From a virus (Duplodnaviria; Heunggongvirae; Uroviricota; Caudoviricetes): DNA of 64,000 bases. The DNA lies in the IMG/VR virus record IMGVR_UViG_3300033405_000002, positions 115,595-179,594 of that record; one strand, 5' to 3'. The notes under the pieces were generated by a model, which made no database searches, was not told where the DNA came from, and worked only from the letters and a program-made list of their open reading frames with translations. How positions within the stretch are numbered: position 1 is the stretch's first letter; each line of letters opens with the position of its first letter. Below are positions 55,501 through 64,000 of this stretch, one piece after another. The position numbers were made by a program, and so were the translations under genes.

Positions 55501-55754
55501 CGCGTCAGAACATTGAAGCGATGAACGAAGGTGTGCCAGTCGAACAGATCGCGGTGTTTGCTAGTGAAATGCGTGCAGGCATGGATGTCATTACTGACAT
55601 CGGATACGGCCCGGAATGGTCACGCTTAGTGGAGACGGAAGCTGTGGGTATGCGGCGCGTGGCGCGAGTTTACTGCGGTGGGCGCAACTTTGCCACTGGT
55701 ACTAAACCCGGCAAGTACATCTACACACATAACGTACAGCCGATTGTGAAGTGA
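52575..55754 (+). CDS. Virion protein with Ig-like and PA14-like domains and two C-terminal Hint domains (1059 aa)
   Basis: PA14-like GTYTFYVNSAD...GVYPIEIVYNQ; Hint1 CFTG...TLDH...VYNMHV...AHN (54912-55253); KGGGGGG; Hint2 CPA...YTHN (55275-55733). Confidence 0.8.
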   Translation: MAIVTETITVTVTGVNPQTFTVGANVNTDTGAGTGPISLTFTGTKAGTDSITATMTSHTFTGNTSNVAEIVWQPINGQIAVASPFSITTYGNPNKTTGWPGFYTGGSSDGTGRTFPYTTNGCTSLVWNQVTANNPINPFCAPNNVSGCGGGYKADPMLVVQQTSTGTGAGSLSINGTNNNPDNGGNWPGFVLDCNTSLIVSQAGTYTFYVNSADVAAFAVYIGGGATFSSASYGSRSGNSGNSFPATGPTTTSAKLAIVETNPNTLYPPNVSTYVTFPKPGVYPIEIVYNQFYNIQFSGDNNGYFQLTYGYGQLNQNLGNGTVGVQNFPVALATAPPAGSPPTSALQLTPVGGATNLQLQGGSESLTLTIQNVPYTNIVYCPILEGTQGSLSIFNNSSTSTFSFPEFPNASDTLTPVDYPSAATNVFTLSGDNTAWMGLFTITPNATTSFSLNYNGGPFTFATPGTDIATTNLQVTANDIAWFNPVNKSYDVFTRNTSGQGGIGYSIEMDYMTMPTVQSVSPTSMVADGKTHPLTINLSRPMSPQQQGSYGTGNTILPYAQILGGATFASAFTPILDSNSFLLGWTTSITVPLSTSNSTLTLTMWLHGTLTYLSGNTFVNNGAVNYIGNGPTLSDYAVVGTIALTGSQYVAPVAEAFSITGASGTQIGSNNTLSGTVYTFDNNPVNLQFQYKFNTSGTIVNIGGLQTSPNGGHSTITVGGKTAYQSIFNLSWAPGTIQVASESAAQVLLGYTVTDPTSGLSTQYFSSTIYTLPYTIIVVCFTGNVGVKTPDGFTLFEELPREEQFKITNKSGTFDAQLITHEYAGWMLEFADGKLVTLDHPMGESEGVWVDAEVKFVGAKRVWYEGTVYNMHVLADKYDDQHYILDTGDVAHNKGGGGGGCPAVEMFISQYAQVYDITDGMLVKTLAGNTEEYLSTEITTEHHRVEWHDFSEQPCHRLLAENGAEVTVSASTPVPTRQNIEAMNEGVPVEQIAVFASEMRAGMDVITDIGYGPEWSRLVETEAVGMRRVARVYCGGRNFATGTKPGKYIYTHNVQPIVK

Positions 55755-55761
55755 GGAATAG

Positions 55762-56445
55762 ATGGCAGGCAATGGATACGTATACGGTTACACAGGACCG
55801 CCGTTCAACTTTCTTGGGCACTTCTGCTTAACACAGCAGACAGCGTTCAACAGTTGGGTGCGTGCTCGTGAGAAGAACTTTGCCCCGATCCAGCAGCATT
55901 ATCAGATTCGCGCCGCGCAGCTTCGCAAGACGGCTGGCGTGCTTGAGAAGTTTTATTCCACGTTGAATGACGAACCACTCTCGCCTACGTTCAACAAGCA
56001 AGTCTGGAAGCCGGGGGCACAAGGGCACTTCAACTATCCGAATCGTGACGATCAAGTTCCAATGGTTGCTATGTACCAGATCAAGCAATACATGAAGGAA
56101 CAGTTTCAGCGGCAAGACGAATCTGTGTTTCAGATGAACAACCTTCGCAAAGTTATTGAAAAGGTTGAAGATAAGGCTGAAGTCAACTATCTGGCGATGA
56201 ACCAAACGCAGTACAGCAACGACACTGTGGAATCTCTGATTAGCCGAATCAACGGTTATTTCGGCTTAGCGGCCTATCAAGCTGTTTTAGTGAACGACCA
56301 AGCTGACGTGTATCCCACGGGCACCACGCAGCCAAGGTTCCGCGTGCATCAGTTGGATGTGCCTACTCAGTACGAGATCGAGCAGGCAGCGAACGCTCCT
56401 GCTGGAACTGGGCCGTATCTTAACACGAAAGAAGTTTCACCCTAA
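55762..56445 (+). CDS. Hypothetical structural protein (227 aa)
   Basis: GAGGA RBS; tiles operon. Confidence 0.75.
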   Translation: MAGNGYVYGYTGPPFNFLGHFCLTQQTAFNSWVRAREKNFAPIQQHYQIRAAQLRKTAGVLEKFYSTLNDEPLSPTFNKQVWKPGAQGHFNYPNRDDQVPMVAMYQIKQYMKEQFQRQDESVFQMNNLRKVIEKVEDKAEVNYLAMNQTQYSNDTVESLISRINGYFGLAAYQAVLVNDQADVYPTGTTQPRFRVHQLDVPTQYEIEQAANAPAGTGPYLNTKEVSP

Positions 56446-57236
56446 TGAGCTACGACTACAACGTTTTGACGGTCGATCCTATGACAAGGCAGCCTATCGG
56501 TGCCTGCGACCATCATCAGTGGTTCGAGCGATATGTGGTGAATCAAGACGATTTTCGCACGCTGAATTACGCGGGTATGCCGTCAATAAACATGCGTGCG
56601 CCGATCAATGGTTCGTCTGTCGTGCAGATGTGGATTCATGATGAACAGGTGTACTCAGACGATCCAGTTTACGGTTGGCAGGTGGTGCTTGACCCTGACC
56701 GTGTAGACATCGCGACAGCGGCGATATTCTACAAGATCGTCTTCAACAAGCCTACGCGTTTGCTTCTGCCGCTGATCGAAGTCAGTTACATTACGCAGCA
56801 GGGCTACTGCATGAAGTGCAGCGCCACAGGGTTTGTGAACGATCTTAAGCTGGCGGCAACGGCCGATTTTGTACAGGTGACGCAAGGCACCAAACTGGCG
56901 CAGAAGGCATTGAAGTGGATTCTTAGTTCACAATGCCCGTTCTACCCGACATTTACGTGCGTCATAAAGAACTATATCGGCAAGAAACTGGGTATTCAAA
57001 TAACAGATACCGACATTCAGACATCGCTCATCAACGCCCTTAGCACCATGCAGTCCGTGCAGATGGCACAAGGCACCGTGCAGACGCTTGATCCGCAGGA
57101 GATTTTGAAGGACATCATTAGCGTGAACGCGTCAACCGATCCAAACGACCCAACGGTTGTTCGAGTCAGCGCCATTGTGTCCAACTACAGCGGGCAATCG
57201 GTGCCGCTAGGCTTCACGATTAGGATGAATCAATAA
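56445..57236 (+). CDS. Baseplate wedge protein, gp25/GPW-like C-terminus
   Basis: KLAQKALKWIL...ILKDIISV...DPTVVRVSAIVSNYSG; precedes baseplate J-like gene. Confidence 0.65.
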   Translation: MSYDYNVLTVDPMTRQPIGACDHHQWFERYVVNQDDFRTLNYAGMPSINMRAPINGSSVVQMWIHDEQVYSDDPVYGWQVVLDPDRVDIATAAIFYKIVFNKPTRLLLPLIEVSYITQQGYCMKCSATGFVNDLKLAATADFVQVTQGTKLAQKALKWILSSQCPFYPTFTCVIKNYIGKKLGIQITDTDIQTSLINALSTMQSVQMAQGTVQTLDPQEILKDIISVNASTDPNDPTVVRVSAIVSNYSGQSVPLGFTIRMNQ

Positions 57237-60200
57237 TGCCAACACCTACTACGACATTGACGGCGCTTCAACTGGTAACCCCAGTTCTGCCGCCGAATAC
57301 GTCCGTCTTGTCAACGGATTCGTCCGTTCTGCCTTTCGTCATCAATGGCGACACGAATACAACCCGCATCGAGATTGGCATCTACAACACGGTCTACGGC
57401 CTCAACACGTACACCACGGCCCCCGCTCTGGTTTGGAGTCCGTCTACGACCTACTCTGCTGGGCAGCTTGTCACGTATCTTGGGGCGGCTTACATCGCCA
57501 AGGCAAACGCAAACGCAAACCTTGACCAAAGCCCGCCAGTGTCTCCCGATTTTTGGGCGCTTTACACAGGCTCGACCAACCAGAATCAGTTCACACTAAC
57601 AGTTCCAATCACAACTTCCATTGCGCAGACGAATGTGCAAATCGTGGGAAGGAACTATGATCCAAGCGCAACTTGGGAAGCCAACTTCGCTTACTCAACA
57701 GGCGCACGCTTCGCGGACAGCAACGGCAATGTTGAAGTTGTTGTTGCAGTCACATCTGGCGGAACATCAGGCCCTACCCAGCCTTCATGGGCAACCTTCC
57801 TACCTATCGCGGGAACGAGCGTCACGGTAAACAATAACGTTCTAACCGTCGCCGCGCCGAACGTTGCTTTTAGCTCTGGTCAGTTGGTGTATTTCACCAA
57901 TTTCGTTAACGCAACTTTCTTGAACGGTCAAGTGTTGACCGTAGCTTCTGTGACGCCGGGAGTTGGATTCACAGCGCCGATTACTGCGTCAAACTACGTA
58001 ACAACAGTGGACACCGGAACAGTTCAATCCGCAACGTCCGATGGGGCTGTCACTTGGGCTAACGTGGGCGGCATAGCTGTTACCCCGATTGTCAAGTTTG
58101 CGTTCCTGTATTTCCAGAGTGACCTTGCAGCATCCATTGCGCCGCCGTCCGGCATCTCCGCGTTAAAGAATCAGACGGACTGCACGCTACGGTGGGTTAC
58201 ACCAGATTATCCGGGCTTCATTGGTGTGCGTGTTCAGATTTCAACTGACCCCGCTGGTGTCAATCCGCCATTCACGCAGTACGGTGACCTCATCACAAAC
58301 GTGACGACTTCTGTCCCCACGGTCATCAACACCACTACAGCCACTTCGGTTAATATCCCCGAAGCTCTGATTACGGGTGTGTCGCTCTCGAACAACCTGC
58401 TTACTGTCCTTGCGGCAAACAGCTTTGTTCAAGGCACTGTCGCTACACTAGGTGGACTCGCGAGCGCCACGTTCTTAAACGACGAGACGATCACCGTGCT
58501 GTCCGCTTCTCCCACGTTTTTCACCGCGAGCTTCACCGGAGAGAACTACGGCAACAGCATTACAGCTACATCTATCTCCGGCAACACCTTGACAGTTACG
58601 GTGTCCAATGAGTACGTCACCGGGGATCAGGTAGTGCTTAATGGCACGCAAGAAGGGTTCCTCAACGGCGTAGTGCTGACGGTTCTAACCGCCACGGCGT
58701 TCCACTTTACAGCGAAAGCCCCTATTGTAGTAACACCATACACGAACCCGGCAGACACAGGCGTTGCAACCATTGCTGACAGTGGTATCGCCACGAGCAT
58801 CATCAGCACCAGCACAACGCAAGCGACGAACACAACGATGACCACAAACTACAGCACCGTGGACATCCCGTACTCCATCATCAATCAGCAAGTGTTCTAT
58901 GCGATGTTCTCTACGGTTATTCAAGACCCACAAACAAACATCATCTATGAATCCGTGGAGAATGGCCCACTACTTTGCGGCTTTGTCAATTTGAAGCTGG
59001 CTGGCCCAACGGACTTCCCTGTCCTTCAACGTAAAGAAGACATCGCTGGACGTTTGATCGCGCAGATCAACAAGCAGCTACCTGATCTCGATCTATCTCC
59101 GCGTTCTGAAGCGCGAGACCTGTTCATTGATCCGTTCTCAATTGAAGCAGCGAACATGTCCGTGCGTGAATGGTTCGCCCGCGTGTCCACGAGCATTTCC
59201 GCGATTTCACAGGTAGATGACTCCACGGGCAACGGTGTGTCCGATCCGTTCCAGTCATCGCCATACAAGCAGCAGATCGCTCGTGCCTACGGTTTGTCCC
59301 CGCAGGATACGCAGAATTTAATCAATGAGCAGTTTGATTTGTTAGGTGAGCAAGCCGGACTTGTCCGTCTCGGTTCAACGGCATCTACTGTGGTGCTTAC
59401 GTTCTACACGTATCAGCAGCCACAGTCCAGTATTGTGATCCCTGAAGGTGCAACAGTAAGCACCATTCCCAGCGCTACAACGTCTTCACTCACATTCCAG
59501 ACACAAGGGCAGGGTGTTATTGACATCACCAACTTGGCATCGTTCTACAACTCCACCACGGGCTGGTGGGGTGTAAGCGTTCCCGCACAATGCACTCAGC
59601 CGGGGTCAATCGGCAATGTGGGCGCGGGCACGATCACACAGACAGTCGCCAACACGCCAGCCGGGATCAACGTTACGAACCTGATTGGTGCTCAGTTTGG
59701 TAGTGACCAAGAATCCAACTCTGGTTTTGCGGCGCGTATTCAGGCTCGCTTGGTTACCGGAATTGATAGTAGCTCGCGCAACGGCTACCTCGTTGCCGCG
59801 CTCAGCACACCGGGAATCATCGGCGCACAAGTTGTCGCGGCGGGAGATTTGTTCATGCTTCGTGATTGGGACCCAACCCGTCAGAAGCACGTGTACGGCG
59901 CAGTGGACATCTACGTTCAAGGTAACACCCTTTCACAGCAAGACAACTTCGTGCCGTTCGTCTACCAAAACAACGGCACATACGGTGTTTACACATCGTA
60001 TTCTTCGCTTACATATCTTGGCAACAACACGTTCCAGATCAACAATTTCAACTCACTGGCTTTCCCGCCTTACGATGGTGTTGAGCTTTACGTGTCTCGC
60101 TCGTCCGGCAGTTTCTACCTTTCGCTTGACAGAGCGCAGTTCTTCGGCGGCACCATCATCATCAACGGTAATGACATGGCATATCAATATGTGGGAAGCG

Positions 60201-62539
60201 CAACCACGTATGCCAAAGTTCCGCTTATCATCAACACGAACCCCGCCACAAACACTGTTGCCCTTGGCACGCTGGCTGGTGCTACGTCAGGAACCTACAG
60301 TTTCCAGTTGTTCATGCGCGAAGGTTCCCCGCTGAGCTACGTGCCATCGTCACAGCCTGTGTTGCAAGTTTACTCGGTTACAGGATCGTCCACCGAGACA
60401 GGCGCGATACCGAGCGACGACATTACACTGATTCACACATCCGACTTCTTGCTGGAAGGCGGCTCTAACGCCGCAGGCGACACGGTGCAGGTCTCGTTGA
60501 CGAGCACCCCCGTAACAAACATGGTTACAGTTGCTTCCCCGTTGACATCGCCAACGTTGATTGACATCGGCATGGCACAGACTATCGCGGCGAGCGGCAG
60601 TCCGGGCAACGTCCTGTCCGTGCGCAGTAGTGACCTTTCGACGCTGTATCAATATGGGATTGACTACACTATCGTCCCGTATGGCCCGTACTTGCAATAT
60701 GCACTGCAAGCACTGACATCATCAGTGGCGATCAAGTCTGTAGCGATTCTGAACAATGTGCTTACAGTGGTGTGCAACAATGAGTTCAGCGCGAACTCGG
60801 TCGTAACTCTGTCTGGTTTAACCAATGCCACGTTTTTGAACAACCAGCCTGTCACTATCGCGACAGCTACACCGACATCGTTTACCGCTGTCTTCACTTA
60901 CAGCAACTACCCGACTCCGGCGGGCATCACGGCGACTTCAATCTCGAACAATGTCTTGACCGTCACCGCGCCAAACAGCTTCACCGTCGGGCAGACGGTT
61001 GTTCTCAGCGGCACGTCCGAAGCGTTCTTAAACAACCAAACGGTCACCGTGCTCACGGCGTCGAACACGCAATTCACCGCTAACTTCTCCGGGGCTAATT
61101 ACACGAACAACAGCGACACAGGTATCGCCGCGTCAACCACGCCTGACACCGGAATTGTAACTGGTAGCGCGATCCAGCCTAACCAGCAGTTGTCTGTGAC
61201 CTACAACAAGTATGTGTTGTACGAGCGTCTTTCGTTCATCGCCAATGAGTCTCAAGTGCTTAGCGGCACGCTGCCAACTACATTGGACAACGACGGCTTC
61301 GTGAACAACACGTGGCTGCCGCAGAGCTATACGATTGGTATTCCAACATTCCCTGTCACCCAACTCGGCTACAGTCTGATCTTAGACGGCTGGGACGGCG
61401 CGTATAACACGACAGACGGCGGCTTGGACATCGCAGGATCACTGGCGTATGACCCATCCGGTCTTGTCGGCAACGGCGTACCGTATGCTTCTCGTTACAT
61501 CAAAGTGACCTACAACAACGGCGTAACAAACGTTGTCATGAAACAGAATTTGGATTACACGTTGACGGTTGATCCGGTATCAGGCTCCGCTACTCTCGCG
61601 AGAATCGTGACAGGAGCGATCCCTGACGGCGCGACTGTAAACGTGTCCTACTTTGTGACTGAGACCTTCACGATCAGCACGCAGTACCCGACGTTCGTTC
61701 AGATGCTTGCAAACACAATCGCTGAAACGAAGTCCGCAGGAGCAAGTGTTCTGGTCAAGGCGATGGTTGCAAATCCAGTTGACATTACGTTGACTGTGAC
61801 CTTGGACGCGAACACGTCAGCAGCGACAGTTGATCCGGTCATTCGCACGGTCATCAACATTGTGCTGGACAACTCGGTCGGCACGCTGTACCAGTCATCA
61901 CTGATTCAGCAGATTCAGAACATCACAGGCGTGAAGAGCGTGGAAATCCCACTCATCAAGTGCGCTAAGTCTAACGGTTCCTATGACATAGGGGTTGTAG
62001 TCCCAACCGGAACACCTTGGACTAAGCTGAGTTCTGATCCGGCGTTCTCCGGTGTAAATTCTTCCGTGAATGGTGTCCCGGTCAGCATCCCGCAGAATAG
62101 CTGGATCACAACCGCGCAGGTTTTGTCCGACTCAACAATCCCATCTGGCGGCGATCCAAACGCTATTGTGGACTTCTTGTATCAGGGTCAGGCATTCGAG
62201 CGTGCAACATCCGTCAGCAGCTTCTTGACCACGGCACTTAGTGTACCGCATCTTGCAGTTGCACCCGGAGCTACGTTCGATTCGCCGGGATCATTTTACA
62301 TCATTGGTGTAAACGATCCGTACTTCATCAACAACCCGAACCTTACGGCTTACGCTACGGCATACGAAGGCAAGGTCATGGTCACTATCCCAACTGACGT
62401 GGCGAATCCCGGCAACCTGCCTTACTTCTGCACTTATCAGGTGTTTGATGAAGAAGGCGCGAGTGACGTTACTGTGTCGCCGACTGAGTATCTATCACCG
62501 GGCACTATCACCATCAACTATGTGACACCAACGAGCTAA
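57236..62539 (+). CDS. Giant baseplate J (gp6)-like protein with accessory repeats (1767 aa)
   Basis: DLSPRSEARDLFIDP, IPEGATV, VPAQCTQPGSIGNV, GSDQESNS.FA.R, VDIYVQG J-like motifs; five FCCH-like and two CBM-like modules. Confidence 0.8.
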   Translation: MPTPTTTLTALQLVTPVLPPNTSVLSTDSSVLPFVINGDTNTTRIEIGIYNTVYGLNTYTTAPALVWSPSTTYSAGQLVTYLGAAYIAKANANANLDQSPPVSPDFWALYTGSTNQNQFTLTVPITTSIAQTNVQIVGRNYDPSATWEANFAYSTGARFADSNGNVEVVVAVTSGGTSGPTQPSWATFLPIAGTSVTVNNNVLTVAAPNVAFSSGQLVYFTNFVNATFLNGQVLTVASVTPGVGFTAPITASNYVTTVDTGTVQSATSDGAVTWANVGGIAVTPIVKFAFLYFQSDLAASIAPPSGISALKNQTDCTLRWVTPDYPGFIGVRVQISTDPAGVNPPFTQYGDLITNVTTSVPTVINTTTATSVNIPEALITGVSLSNNLLTVLAANSFVQGTVATLGGLASATFLNDETITVLSASPTFFTASFTGENYGNSITATSISGNTLTVTVSNEYVTGDQVVLNGTQEGFLNGVVLTVLTATAFHFTAKAPIVVTPYTNPADTGVATIADSGIATSIISTSTTQATNTTMTTNYSTVDIPYSIINQQVFYAMFSTVIQDPQTNIIYESVENGPLLCGFVNLKLAGPTDFPVLQRKEDIAGRLIAQINKQLPDLDLSPRSEARDLFIDPFSIEAANMSVREWFARVSTSISAISQVDDSTGNGVSDPFQSSPYKQQIARAYGLSPQDTQNLINEQFDLLGEQAGLVRLGSTASTVVLTFYTYQQPQSSIVIPEGATVSTIPSATTSSLTFQTQGQGVIDITNLASFYNSTTGWWGVSVPAQCTQPGSIGNVGAGTITQTVANTPAGINVTNLIGAQFGSDQESNSGFAARIQARLVTGIDSSSRNGYLVAALSTPGIIGAQVVAAGDLFMLRDWDPTRQKHVYGAVDIYVQGNTLSQQDNFVPFVYQNNGTYGVYTSYSSLTYLGNNTFQINNFNSLAFPPYDGVELYVSRSSGSFYLSLDRAQFFGGTIIINGNDMAYQYVGSATTYAKVPLIINTNPATNTVALGTLAGATSGTYSFQLFMREGSPLSYVPSSQPVLQVYSVTGSSTETGAIPSDDITLIHTSDFLLEGGSNAAGDTVQVSLTSTPVTNMVTVASPLTSPTLIDIGMAQTIAASGSPGNVLSVRSSDLSTLYQYGIDYTIVPYGPYLQYALQALTSSVAIKSVAILNNVLTVVCNNEFSANSVVTLSGLTNATFLNNQPVTIATATPTSFTAVFTYSNYPTPAGITATSISNNVLTVTAPNSFTVGQTVVLSGTSEAFLNNQTVTVLTASNTQFTANFSGANYTNNSDTGIAASTTPDTGIVTGSAIQPNQQLSVTYNKYVLYERLSFIANESQVLSGTLPTTLDNDGFVNNTWLPQSYTIGIPTFPVTQLGYSLILDGWDGAYNTTDGGLDIAGSLAYDPSGLVGNGVPYASRYIKVTYNNGVTNVVMKQNLDYTLTVDPVSGSATLARIVTGAIPDGATVNVSYFVTETFTISTQYPTFVQMLANTIAETKSAGASVLVKAMVANPVDITLTVTLDANTSAATVDPVIRTVINIVLDNSVGTLYQSSLIQQIQNITGVKSVEIPLIKCAKSNGSYDIGVVVPTGTPWTKLSSDPAFSGVNSSVNGVPVSIPQNSWITTAQVLSDSTIPSGGDPNAIVDFLYQGQAFERATSVSSFLTTALSVPHLAVAPGATFDSPGSFYIIGVNDPYFINNPNLTAYATAYEGKVMVTIPTDVANPGNLPYFCTYQVFDEEGASDVTVSPTEYLSPGTITINYVTPTS

Positions 62540-62541
62540 TC

Positions 62542-64000
62542 ATGGCGACGAATAACAACCCTGACCTGCTCTATCTGAGATCGAGAGAAGACCTTCTTCA
62601 GTATGAAGACGCGAGACTAAATTCGCTGCTTCAGGCTGTGGCGAACTTTTATACCACGCGCAACGATCAAAGCACGTGGGGAAATTTCCTCCGCGCCTTG
62701 GCTATCGAACTCAGTAAGCTGGACTACGACTATTCGTATGACTTGGTGAACAAAGACCCAAGCTTCTTGACCCCGCCAGACATCCGCCGTCGTTGGGCAG
62801 CACCGCTCTACATCTCATCCAACTGGCCCAGCCCGCAGCAGTTTGACACGCAGTTCAAGACAATGCTTGTGGAGTTGATCGCCGCCTATAAGCAAGGCAC
62901 AACTGTTGACGCGATCCAAGACGTGATCTTTGCTTACACAGGGCTGAAGATCGTTGTGCAAGAACTCTACAAACAGATTGGCAATGGCGTCTACGATGAG
63001 TCAGACGCTAACTCTATTCTTGTGTCAGTGCAGGTCGGTAACGCAGGCTCAAACCCGCTAACCACCGTGACTTCTCTCGCGCAGCTTCAGGCAATCATCG
63101 CCAGTCTCTACGGCGCTATTGACCTTGCTAAGCCAGCACACGTTGGTTTGGAATTCACTACAGTGTTTGGCGAAAACGAAGCCGCGCTTGATTGCTTTAT
63201 CAGTCCACGCTATCTCACCGCCACACAGTACAACGAGTTGAGCGGTTTACCTACTGAGCAAAGCTACTACGAATTTACCGGATACACCCAGCTTCAACCT
63301 GCGTTGTTCTGGCAGAAAAATTCGGTGTTCACGCTGGGAAGTTTGGTTCTCGACAGCAATAAGAACTTTCAGCTTTTGACAAGCATCGGCTCGTTTCCGA
63401 ATGAGAGCGGCGGCACGGTGCCCGTGTGGAGCAAGACATCTCTTATCAACACGGCTGACGGTAACTTGACGTGGCAAAACATCTCGCCAGCAGTTGTAAG
63501 CACGTCTGTGACATCCAATATCGTTACAGTTGACCTCAGCTTCAGCGTCCCGATAACCTCTGGCATGGTGGTTACACTCGTTTACCTTGGGAACTCCACG
63601 TTCTTGAACGGCGTGCCGCTTAAGGTGCTCAACATTACGGGTAACTCGTTTACAGCATCATTCGTTCACGCGGATTACGCCACTGCTGCGGAAACACAGG
63701 GAACCGCAACGTTCGGTTTTCCTGCGGCTACAAACATCTTGCAATACCAAGCACTCAACGCGCAGTGGCAATCGCTCTATCAGCAAGCATACTCGAACAT
63801 GTATTGCGAGTGCCTGAATACAGGATGCCCGGATGCTGGCTGCCCGGACGACACGCAATGGTCAGTCCCAACAAGTGATTCATGCGTAGGTGTGGGTGGG
63901 ATTGATGACATTCTGCGTATCTTCGTGCAGCAGTCTGAGGCGGAACCACTCAGTCCAATGTTGATTCAAGCACCTGTCCTTAATCCGACGCCGATCCCAA
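62542..64000 (+). CDS. Baseplate wedge protein (gpI/gp7-like), runs off window end
   Basis: Hand-translated from ATG 62542 (MATNNNPDLLYLRS...); AYKQGTTVDAIQDVI...LAKPAH wedge-type motifs. Confidence 0.7.
   Translation, partial: MATNNNPDLLYLRSREDLLQYEDARLNSLLQAVANFYTTRNDQSTWGNFLRALAIELSKLDYDYSYDLVNKDPSFLTPPDIRRRWAAPLYISSNWPSPQQFDTQFKTMLVELIAAYKQGTTVDAIQDVIFAYTGLKIVVQELYKQIGNGVYDESDANSILVSVQVGNAGSNPLTTVTSLAQLQAIIASLYGAIDLAKPAHVGLEFTTVFGENEAALDCFISPRYLTATQYNELSGLPTEQSYYEFTGYTQLQPALFWQKNSVFTLGSLVLDSNKNFQLLTSIGSFPNESGGTVPVWSKTSLINTADGNLTWQNISPAVVSTSVTSNIVTVDLSFSVPITSGMVVTLVYLGNSTFLNGVPLKVLNITGNSFTASFVHADYATAAETQGTATFGFPAATNILQYQALNAQWQSLYQQAYSNMYCECLNTGCPDAGCPDDTQWSVPTSDSCVGVGGIDDILRIFVQQSEAEPLSPMLIQAPVLNPTPIP

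Noticed and set aside
448-64000. Many 60-270 aa ORFs antisense or out-of-frame within large genes (e.g. 32695..33492, 54714..55442, 24865..25587)
   Set aside because: Shadow ORFs expected from GC-rich codon bias; no RBS or recognisable motifs
1-64000. Stop-codon reassignment
   Set aside because: Genes tile densely under code 11; TAG and TGA both end well-formed genes and no suppressor tRNA is present

Overview
This window is part of a large myovirus-like (contractile-tail) phage genome in the standard genetic code, with no sign of host chromosomal genes. 1-5.0 kb (minus strand) holds tail-fibre-like virion genes. 5.1-9.6 kb holds accessory genes: an Ogg-like HhH glycosylase, a metallophosphoesterase, a WGR-domain protein, HNH nucleases and two paralogous Cys-rich microproteins. 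9.2-12.0 kb is a minus-strand RNA operon with 17 CCA-encoding tRNAs, three anticodon-less tRNA-like elements and a ~293 nt RNase P RNA. Its tRNAs cover all 12 standard anticodons for GNN codons (Ala, Val, Gly, Asp, Glu) plus Cys, and nothing else. Directly upstream lies a 41-codon leader ORF packed with those same codons, followed by mutually exclusive antiterminator and terminator hairpins. This looks like a ribosome-stalling attenuator controlling a phage tRNA/RNase P operon and is the most interesting signal in the window. 12.3-21.5 kb (minus) has an ECF-type sigma factor, a class II ribonucleotide reductase, a wHTH replication protein and a primase-helicase. 21.7-64 kb (plus) is the tail/baseplate module: tape measure, dead-SLT protein, hub, spike with a lysozyme-like C-terminus, Ig/PA14 proteins, a protein ending in tandem Hint domains joined by KGGGGGG, gp25-like, baseplate-J-like and wedge proteins. 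A small hydrolase/accessory island interrupts it at 40.1-42.9 kb. All family assignments come from motif recognition by eye; no searches were run.
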